A stretch of DNA of 21,912 nucleotides from an uncultured Myxococcales bacterium (lineage in GTDB: Bacteria; Myxococcota; UBA4151). Where the stretch lies: contig CAXGWI010000050.1 of the NCBI GenBank assembly GCA_964013405.1, forward strand, positions 1 through 21,912, in the 5' to 3' direction. The position numbers and the translations under genes are program-made. Below the pieces are notes generated by a model. That model saw only the letters and a program-made list of their open reading frames with translations, had not been told where the DNA came from and searched no databases. Of this stretch, positions 15,482-21,912 are shown one piece after another. How positions within the stretch are numbered: the stretch's first letter is position 1; each line of letters begins with the position of its first letter.

Positions 15482-16996
15482 GTGCCTGATTCACCGATTC
15501 GTCGCGTGCTCATCGCCAATCGTGGTGAGATTGCTGTGCGCGTCATTCGTAGTTGCCGCGAGCTAGGCATTGAGACCGTCGCAATCTATTCGGACCCGGA
15601 TCGGGAGAGCCTTCATGTACGCCTGGCCGATCAAGCCTATGCTCTGGGCGGTGAGACCTCCGCAGAGTCCTATCTCGTCAGCGAAAAGGTGCTCGCCGCG
15701 GCAAAGGCTGCTGGCGCCGATGCTATTCATCCCGGTTATGGGTTTCTGAGTGAGAATCCGGATTTTGTCCGCGCTGTTGATGCCGCTGGCCTCACCTTCA
15801 TCGGGCCCCGGCCCCTGGCCATGGAGCAAATGGGCGAGAAGACCCGGGCTCGCAGTGTGATGCAGGAAGCAGACGTGCCCGTGGTGCCGGGGAGTGAAGC
15901 CCTGGCCGACGGCGCGCAAGCCGCGGCCTTTGCCGCCGACATCGGTCTACCTGTGATGGTTAAAGCAGCTGCTGGAGGCGGCGGTAAGGGCATGCGGCGG
16001 GTCGATGACCCGAGCGCGGTGGCCAAGGCCTTCGACGCGGCCCGTAGCGAGGCCAAAAAATCTTTCGGTGATGACCGGGTGTACGTGGAGAAATTTCTCC
16101 AACGCCCTCGCCATATCGAGGTGCAGATTCTCGCCGACACCCACGGTAACTGCGTGCATTTGTTCGAGCGGGAATGCTCCATTCAACGGCGCCACCAAAA
16201 GGTGATCGAAGAAGCGCCATCGCCCTTTTTGGACGAAGCATTGCGAGCCCAGATGGGTGCGGTGGCCGTCCAGGCTGCCAAGGCAGTGGATTACATCGGT
16301 GCTGGAACCGTGGAGTTTCTCTGCGATGCTGAGCGTAATTTTTACTTTTTAGAGATGAACACCCGCTTACAGGTGGAACATCCGGTGACCGAGTGGATTA
16401 CCGGGCTTGATCTGGTGGCCTTGCAGATCCGTATTGCAGAAGGTCACCCCCTGCCCTTCAAGCAAGAAGATCTCGCCATCAGCGGTCATGCCATCGAGGC
16501 TCGGATCTACGCCGAAGACCCCCAGAGTGGCTTCCTGCCGGCGCCGGGCAAGATCGAACATCTCCACGTGCCAGCGGGCCCTTACGTTCGGGATGATTCC
16601 GGGGTGGTCTTTGGTAGCGAGGTGACCCCGCTTTACGATCCGATGATCTCCAAGCTCAGTGTTTGGGGGCAGGATCGGGCCCAAGCCATCGCCCGGCTGG
16701 ATCGAGCCTTGGGCGAGTATAAGGTGATCGGTGTGACCACCAACATCAGCTTTTTGCGCCGTGTTTTGGCCGAGCCGACCTTCCAAAGCGGGGACTTTGA
16801 TACGGGCTTTATCGGCAACGTGATTCAGGGGGCCAGTGAGCCTGACGAAAAATATGAAACCATCGCCATGTTGGCGGCGGTGATGGATGCTTTTGAGCGG
16901 GATGAGGCCGCTGAGGCGGCCTTCAAGCCCCAGAGCTCTGCCCAGGGCGGCGGTCAGGCCTGGCGCCGCTACCAACTGTTGGGGGGCCGGTCATGA
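15482..16996 (+). CDS. accC: Biotin carboxylase subunit of acyl-CoA (propionyl-CoA) carboxylase
   Basis: VLIANRGEIAVR, IHPGYGFLSEN, KAAAGGGGKGMR, ERECSIQRRHQK, FLEMNTRLQVEHPVTE, YDPMISKL. AAGGAG RBS before the GTG. No fused biotinyl domain. Confidence 0.95.
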   Translation: MPDSPIRRVLIANRGEIAVRVIRSCRELGIETVAIYSDPDRESLHVRLADQAYALGGETSAESYLVSEKVLAAAKAAGADAIHPGYGFLSENPDFVRAVDAAGLTFIGPRPLAMEQMGEKTRARSVMQEADVPVVPGSEALADGAQAAAFAADIGLPVMVKAAAGGGGKGMRRVDDPSAVAKAFDAARSEAKKSFGDDRVYVEKFLQRPRHIEVQILADTHGNCVHLFERECSIQRRHQKVIEEAPSPFLDEALRAQMGAVAVQAAKAVDYIGAGTVEFLCDAERNFYFLEMNTRLQVEHPVTEWITGLDLVALQIRIAEGHPLPFKQEDLAISGHAIEARIYAEDPQSGFLPAPGKIEHLHVPAGPYVRDDSGVVFGSEVTPLYDPMISKLSVWGQDRAQAIARLDRALGEYKVIGVTTNISFLRRVLAEPTFQSGDFDTGFIGNVIQGASEPDEKYETIAMLAAVMDAFERDEAAEAAFKPQSSAQGGGQAWRRYQLLGGRS

Positions 16997-17541
16997 GACG
17001 CTATGCGGTCACAGGTCGCGACGGTGAGACCCGGGTGGTGGGTGTGGAGCGAGCAGAGGACGGCCGGGTCCATTTTACCGTTGAAGACGAGGCCTATGCC
17101 TATGACGCCCGCCGTCTGCCGGGCCAAGTGATTCACCTACTCACGGGCAGCGGTGGATCCTATGATGCGGTGATCGAATGGGCCGGGGGCGAAGACCGCC
17201 TCAACGGCGAGGTCGCTGTCGGGCTCAAGGGTCAGGTCTACCAGTTTGATGTGATCGATGAACGCAAGCTGCGCATGCGGCAGGCCGTGGGTGGAGGCAG
17301 TGAAGCCACCGCCGGCAACCTCACGGCCGCCATGCCCGGCAAGGTGGTACGAGTTCTCGTGGCCCCAGGGGATGTGGTGGAGGCCGGCCAGGGCCTGCTC
17401 GTCCTCGAAGCCATGAAGATGGAAAACGAGCTCAGCGCTGCCGGCGCGGGCACCGTGAAGGGTGTTCATGTCGCGGAAGGCGACAACGTGGATAAAGGAA
17501 AGTTGCTGATCGAGATCGAGGCTAGCGAGGACTTGACCTAG
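16993..17541 (+). CDS. accB: Biotin carboxyl carrier protein subunit with N-terminal extension
   Basis: AAMPGKVV...LEAMKMENEL (biotinylated Lys in AMKM). ATGA overlap with accC. Confidence 0.92.
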   Translation: MRRYAVTGRDGETRVVGVERAEDGRVHFTVEDEAYAYDARRLPGQVIHLLTGSGGSYDAVIEWAGGEDRLNGEVAVGLKGQVYQFDVIDERKLRMRQAVGGGSEATAGNLTAAMPGKVVRVLVAPGDVVEAGQGLLVLEAMKMENELSAAGAGTVKGVHVAEGDNVDKGKLLIEIEASEDLT

Positions 17542-18464
17542 AGCCGTGGGCGCCAGGTCACGCCCACGTAGGCCGCTGCTCCCCACGAGCCCCCCACAAT
17601 CTTCATATCGACGGGAACCCCTGAGCCGTCGGGCTTCACGATGGCAGCATCGTCACCCGAAACCGTGGTCTTCTTGCGCGTCGCAGTTTCCCCCTCCTCC
17701 GTGCCCTCGGGCAGGGGCTCGGTGGCCGTGACCGAGATCGCATCGCCGAAGAAGCCTTGCTGAAAGGAGACGTCGGCTCGAAGACCAAGGTTTGGGGTAA
17801 CCCAGAACTCGGCGGAAAGACCTGCGCTTGCGAGGCCACCGGAGACCCCCGCGCTCAGGTCATCGCCTTCACTGAAGACTCGCTCGGGGTTATCGAGTTC
17901 CACGGGAGCATTGTAGCCGTCGAGGACTGTGATCTTACCCAGGTTGGCACTGCCGCCCACAAAGCCGACTCGGAGCGGAACACCGATACTCAGTGGGCCG
18001 ACCTTGCGATTGATATCGACACCAAGGGTCGCCACCAAGGCAGTGAAGGAGTTGGCTCCGCTGAAGGCCAGCTCCCCTGACCAAGCGACCGGGCCCGACC
18101 CAGCAATCCCAATGCGAGCCGCAGGAAGGAGGCCAGCGGGTACGTTATACTGCTCAAGGGGGAGGTCGATTCGACCTTCCGGGTTGCTGTCGTCCAGGGA
18201 CTTCAGGCCGTGCTTTTGATGGTCGGAGAGGTGGGCATTTTGGAAGCCACTGAGCTCGAAGGGGAGCGAACCCAACTGAAAGTAACCTTTGAACTTACCT
18301 CGACGGGCGCTGCGGCGACGATTGCGTTTACGTGCTGGGCTCGCCTGGACCGGGCTGGTCGCAGGGGATGCAGTTGGAGTTGACTCTTTAAAGCGACTGT
18401 CCTGTGCAAGGGCAGGGCTGGCGAGGAGTGAAAGCGCGGCGAGAAGGCAAAGTCGAGTTGGCAT
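17538..18464 (-). CDS. Hypothetical exported protein, probable outer-membrane beta-barrel
   Basis: SD AAGGA before ATG 18464. Signal peptide MPTRLCLLAALSLLASPALA|Q. Amphipathic strands (WSGELAF, LGVDIN, LSAEFWV, LGLRADVSF) and a C-terminal strand AAYVGVTWRPRL. Its TAG shares the CTAG palindrome with the accB TAG. Confidence 0.72.
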   Translation of the reverse strand: MPTRLCLLAALSLLASPALAQDSRFKESTPTASPATSPVQASPARKRNRRRSARRGKFKGYFQLGSLPFELSGFQNAHLSDHQKHGLKSLDDSNPEGRIDLPLEQYNVPAGLLPAARIGIAGSGPVAWSGELAFSGANSFTALVATLGVDINRKVGPLSIGVPLRVGFVGGSANLGKITVLDGYNAPVELDNPERVFSEGDDLSAGVSGGLASAGLSAEFWVTPNLGLRADVSFQQGFFGDAISVTATEPLPEGTEEGETATRKKTTVSGDDAAIVKPDGSGVPVDMKIVGGSWGAAAYVGVTWRPRL

Positions 18465-18519
18465 CCAAAGATCCTTTTTAGGGGGTGGCACAACCTAAGG
18501 GGATCTGGTCCAGAGTGAA
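18465..18519. promoter_or_regulatory. Imperfect inverted repeat overlapping a putative promoter and the SD of the barrel gene
   Basis: AGATCCTTTTTAGG(18469-18482)...CCTAAGGGGATCT(18494-18506). The minus strand has TTCACT(18519-18514)-N16-TAGGTT(18497-18492). Confidence 0.45.
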
Positions 18520-18570
18520 AGAGGCGGCTTTACCTTTTCTCTATGACCACCAAAAGGCTAGGAGCCGCCT

Positions 18571-20235
18571 ATGACGAAGCATGACGATCGAATCGCGTGG
18601 GAAAATAGCGTGCTTGCAAAGGCTCAGGCCCGTTTTCCTGAGCGCCAAGAAGCCTTCACAGGGCCCGATGGCGATGCGCGTCCTCGGATCCTTGATCCCG
18701 ATGACAGGGGCGTGAAAGACCCCCGTTACCACGAGCACATTGGCTATCCAGGGCAGTATCCGTTCACCCGGGGAGCCCAGCCCACCATGTATCGAGCTCG
18801 CCACTGGACGATGCGTCAATACGCAGGCTTCGGTACGGCGGCCGAGAGCAACGAGCGCTATCATTATCTTCTTTCACAGGGGCAAACAGGGCTTTCTGTC
18901 GCCTTCGATCTGCCGACCCAGATGGGTTACGACTCCAGCCATGCCATGGCCTCTGGTGAGGTGGGTAAGGTCGGTGTTGCCATCGATACCCTCGAGGACA
19001 TGGAATTGTTGTTGAAGGGCTTGCCCCTCGACAAGATCTCCACCTCGATGACCATCAATGCGACGGCATCCACGTTGCTCGCCCTCTATGTCGCCACCGC
19101 CAAGCGCCGGGGTATTGCCCTGGAGCACCTCGCCGGCACCGTACAGAACGATATTCTGAAAGAGTATATCGCTCGGGGCACCTACATCTATCCACCGGCG
19201 CCTTCCATGCGGGTGATCACCGATATGTTTGCGTGGTGTGCGGATCATGTACCCCGCTGGAACACCATCTCCATCAGCGGCTACCACATCCGCGAAGCGG
19301 GCAGTACGGCTGCCCAGGAGCTCGGTTTTACCCTTGCTGACGGGATTGCCTATGTCCAAGCGGCCCTTGATGCCGGTTTGGATGTGGACGACTTTGCTGG
19401 GCGTTTGTCGTTCTTCTTTAATGTGCACAACGATCTCCTCGAAGAGGTCGCGAAGTTCCGGGCAGCCCGGCGCCTGTGGGCTCGGCTGATGAAGGAGCGC
19501 TTTGGCGCCAAGGTCGCCCGCAGCATGACCATGCGAATTCACGCCCAGGTGGCTGGAAGCACGCTCACGGCCCAGCAACCGGACAACAATGTCGCCCGGG
19601 TCACACTGCAGGCCCTGGCCGCGGTGCTCGGCGGCACCAACAGCCTGCATACGAACGCCCGAGACGAAGCCCTGGCTTTGCCCACGGAAACCAGCGCGCG
19701 CATCGCATTGCGAACCCAACAGATTATCGCTTTTGAATCGGGTGTTGCCGATACGGTCGATCCTCTGGCCGGTTCTTATTATGTTGAAGAGCTCACGGAT
19801 CGTGTTGAAGCCGGGGCCCGGCGCTACATTGAGACCATCGACGACCTGGGCGGTATGGTGCGAGCTATCGAGCAGGGTTATCCTCAGCGAGAAATCCAGG
19901 ACGCCGCGTACCGGGCCCAGCAGGCGGTGGAGACCGGCGAGGCGGTGGTTGTAGGCGTGAACCGGTTTACAGCCGATGACGACCCAGAGCCGGAACTGCT
20001 GCGGGTGGATCCCAGCATTGAGCGGGAGCAAGTGGCCCGACTGCAGAGCTTTATGAGTCGTCGAGATGGACAGGGCGCCCAGCAGGCTCTTGCTCGCCTG
20101 ACAAGCGCAGCCCAGGGCAGCGAAAACTTGATGCCCTACATCCTCGACTGCGTTGAAAATGAGGCCAGTCTAGGCGAGATTGCCGACAGCCTTCGGTCTG
20201 TCTTTGGCCTTTATCGAGAGCGGGTGGTGATTTGA
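18571..20235 (+). CDS. mcmA: Methylmalonyl-CoA mutase, large (substrate-binding TIM-barrel) subunit, without the B12-binding domain
   Basis: [19 protein letters not shown] (Tyr), [31 protein letters not shown] (Arg), [25 protein letters not shown]. It ends at 554 aa with no DxHxxG motif. AGGAG precedes the ATG. Confidence 0.94.
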   Translation: MTKHDDRIAWENSVLAKAQARFPERQEAFTGPDGDARPRILDPDDRGVKDPRYHEHIGYPGQYPFTRGAQPTMYRARHWTMRQYAGFGTAAESNERYHYLLSQGQTGLSVAFDLPTQMGYDSSHAMASGEVGKVGVAIDTLEDMELLLKGLPLDKISTSMTINATASTLLALYVATAKRRGIALEHLAGTVQNDILKEYIARGTYIYPPAPSMRVITDMFAWCADHVPRWNTISISGYHIREAGSTAAQELGFTLADGIAYVQAALDAGLDVDDFAGRLSFFFNVHNDLLEEVAKFRAARRLWARLMKERFGAKVARSMTMRIHAQVAGSTLTAQQPDNNVARVTLQALAAVLGGTNSLHTNARDEALALPTETSARIALRTQQIIAFESGVADTVDPLAGSYYVEELTDRVEAGARRYIETIDDLGGMVRAIEQGYPQREIQDAAYRAQQAVETGEAVVVGVNRFTADDDPEPELLRVDPSIEREQVARLQSFMSRRDGQGAQQALARLTSAAQGSENLMPYILDCVENEASLGEIADSLRSVFGLYRERVVI

Positions 20236-21836
20236 GGAAAATTCTCGGCAGTCTGTTCTTAATGAGTTCATGCACAGCCGCACTGGATTTGCCCGCGGCC
20301 CTTGAGATGGTCGATGGGGGCGAGGTGGTGGCGGCGGACGCAGGTCCACAACCTTGTACACCCAATCCTTGTGGCGAGGCCAACCGACAGCAATGTCGTG
20401 TCGATGAGGCCGGAGAAGCTCAATGCGATTGCAATGAGGGCTATCAGCTCACGGGGAGTCTCTGTCTGCCCCATGGTGGCGAAGACCCCGGTGAGACGGG
20501 CTGTGGTGCCGATGAGGATGGGTGTATGGCCGGCGCGGTGACCCTGACTCGGGGCGAGGCCCATGCCGGCAGCCTGGGCGGCGACGGTGACCGGGTTGAT
20601 TTCTTCGTCCTCGCTACACCCAGCGTTGGCGGTGTGGAGCAGGTGACGGTCACCGTGGAGGAGGGCGGTCAGCCCACCGTTGAGATCTATGTCTTTCCCT
20701 CGGAGTCGCCGGTGGTGAGTGCAGCCAGTCCTTCCTTGGCCGCCGAGGTTCATGCAGAGGCCCAAGTGCTGATCGCACTCCGGGCCGCGGGAGAAAGCCC
20801 CCAGGCCTACACCGTGCTGGTCGAGAGTATGGGGCTCGATGACCATGGTGACACCGTGGCTGAAGCGACGACGGTTCAAAGCGGCGCCCACCCCTTTCGT
20901 TTAGAGACCACCAACGACGTCGACGTCTTGAGCGTCATGGACTTTGCGGTCGATAGCCCGCCGGCTGAGCCCAGTGCGGTCCTCCTACGGGCCGAACTCG
21001 ACGAGGGCCAGGACCCCATGGCGCTACAGATGAGGGTGGGCCCCGTGGATCGGGTGGGTGAGTTCGCCTATTTCGGGGGCACGGCTCGCCACCCCGTTGA
21101 CGGTGCCGGAGCCTACGGGGTCAAACTCCGCGCCCTGGATGGTGAACTGCTCAGTGGTACACTGCATATCATGGCCTTGAGTGGTGATGACCACGGTGAC
21201 AGCGCCGAGTGGGCGACGGATTTGCAAGTGCGTCGGGCCGTTTCCGCCGACCTGGCCGCCGACGACGAGGATTGGTTCCGCCTCCGTGCGACCGGCAACC
21301 AAGTCTATCGGGTCACCCTCGGTGGTGCGCCCGGTCGTAACGTTGAAGTCTTCTCGCCGGTGGATCGTTTGCGGTGGAGCCTGGAGGCGATCGGCGTTTA
21401 CTATGTCCACGGTCCTTTGGACTCCGATGCCTTTTTAAAGGTGAGCGGTGAGGCCGGGGCCTATACCCTTTTGGTGGAAGATCGGGCCCTCCAGGACGAG
21501 GCCGGCGAGGGCTTGGATGAAGCCCTCCCTCTAACCCCCGGCGAGGCCTTTCCCGCGGCCATCCAGTTTCTCGGTGATCGGGATCGATTCTTGTTTCCCG
21601 CCTTTCCCACGGGTGGGTGCTGGACCATAACCTTGGCTGAGGGGCGGCCCGAAGTGAAACTGACCCTGGAATTACCCGACGGCAGTGAAGAGGCCTTGGG
21701 GGCCCAGGAGGCCCTATCCTTCCAGACAGAATTCGGGGAAAGCGCCTACGCATTGGTCGAGGCCGCCCCTGGCCAGCAGGTGGAAGAACCCCTTTCTTAC
21801 CAGGTCCTGGGGAACTCCATCGACCCTTGCCCGTGA
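20232..21836 (+). CDS. Lipoprotein with an EGF-like domain and about 4 PPC (pre-peptidase C-terminal)-like repeats
   Basis: The TTG start overlaps the mutase [17 protein letters not shown] is a plausible lipobox. EGF-like CTPNPC...C.....CDCNEGY....C. Repeats open with DDHGDT/DDHGDS/QDEAGE and contain DRVDFF/DVDVL/DEDWFR/DRDRFLF. Confidence 0.75.
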   Translation: MRKILGSLFLMSSCTAALDLPAALEMVDGGEVVAADAGPQPCTPNPCGEANRQQCRVDEAGEAQCDCNEGYQLTGSLCLPHGGEDPGETGCGADEDGCMAGAVTLTRGEAHAGSLGGDGDRVDFFVLATPSVGGVEQVTVTVEEGGQPTVEIYVFPSESPVVSAASPSLAAEVHAEAQVLIALRAAGESPQAYTVLVESMGLDDHGDTVAEATTVQSGAHPFRLETTNDVDVLSVMDFAVDSPPAEPSAVLLRAELDEGQDPMALQMRVGPVDRVGEFAYFGGTARHPVDGAGAYGVKLRALDGELLSGTLHIMALSGDDHGDSAEWATDLQVRRAVSADLAADDEDWFRLRATGNQVYRVTLGGAPGRNVEVFSPVDRLRWSLEAIGVYYVHGPLDSDAFLKVSGEAGAYTLLVEDRALQDEAGEGLDEALPLTPGEAFPAAIQFLGDRDRFLFPAFPTGGCWTITLAEGRPEVKLTLELPDGSEEALGAQEALSFQTEFGESAYALVEAAPGQQVEEPLSYQVLGNSIDPCP

Positions 21837-21843
21837 ACGCTGC

Positions 21844-21880
21844 TTGACCCACCCACCTTGCGCGGGTAGCAGAGCCCGTC
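21844..21880 (+). promoter_or_regulatory. Putative sigma70 stable-RNA promoter upstream of the tRNA
   Basis: TTGACC(21844-21849)-N17-TAGCAG(21867-21872), followed by GC-rich AGCCCGTC, 20 nt before the tRNA-like start. Confidence 0.5.
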
Positions 21881-21892
21881 ATTTGAACTGTT

Positions 21893-21912
21893 GGAGAGGT
21901 GCCCGAGAGGCC
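21893..21912 (+). tRNA. 5' end (20 nt) of a class II tRNA, most likely tRNA-Ser (Tyr not excluded), truncated by the window edge
   Basis: GGAGAGG-TG-CCCGAGAGGCC fits a 7-nt acceptor strand, U8, G9 and a D-arm with the conserved AG.GG typical of Ser/Tyr tRNAs. The anticodon is not visible. Confidence 0.7.

Noticed and set aside
18465..18570. Cobalamin riboswitch upstream of the B12-dependent mutase
   Set aside because: The region is only 106 bp and also contains the divergent gene's signals. I could not recognise a B12-box or the conserved core.
18874..20031. 385-aa minus-strand ORF and the many other 60-290 aa overlapping ORFs
   Set aside because: They lie antisense or out of frame within well-supported genes, as expected in high-GC DNA.
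10507..20235. Autotrophic 3-hydroxypropionate bicycle or ethylmalonyl-CoA pathway
   Set aside because: The carboxylase, mutase and SDH are shared with ordinary propionate catabolism. No diagnostic enzyme (malonyl-CoA reductase, propionyl-CoA synthase, crotonyl-CoA carboxylase/reductase) is in the window.
1..21912. CRISPR array, IS element, prophage or defence genes
   Set aside because: I saw no regularly spaced direct repeats and no transposase, integrase, nuclease or phage structural motifs.

Overview
GC-rich, gene-dense bacterial chromosomal segment. It is most consistent with Myxococcota, based on Cys-rich disulfide repeats, D-[AG]-G linkers and many large lipoproteins; this is an inference, not a database result. 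Left to right: (1) a lipoprotein with an ASH/Ig-like domain and Kelch repeats on the minus strand, truncated at its 3' end by the window edge and absent from the ORF track; (2) a KpsF/KdsD arabinose-5-phosphate isomerase; (3) a divergent, translationally coupled pair encoding an HMA(CxxC)-thioredoxin(WCGPC) fusion lipoprotein and a His-rich outer-membrane beta-barrel with an N-terminal CxxC, a candidate metal-handling module; (4) a giant ~2090-aa mosaic surface lipoprotein (invasin-type Ig repeats, FG-GAP, beta-propeller, disulfide repeat, fibrinogen-related C-terminal domain); (5) a propionyl-CoA/methylmalonyl-CoA cluster, pccB-sdhCAB-accC-BCCP, then an oppositely oriented OM barrel gene, then the methylmalonyl-CoA mutase large subunit; (6) an EGF/PPC-repeat lipoprotein; (7) a stable-RNA-type promoter and the first 20 nt of a class II tRNA at the right edge. 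I found no mobile element, CRISPR array or reverse transcriptase. All domain calls come from reading motifs by eye.
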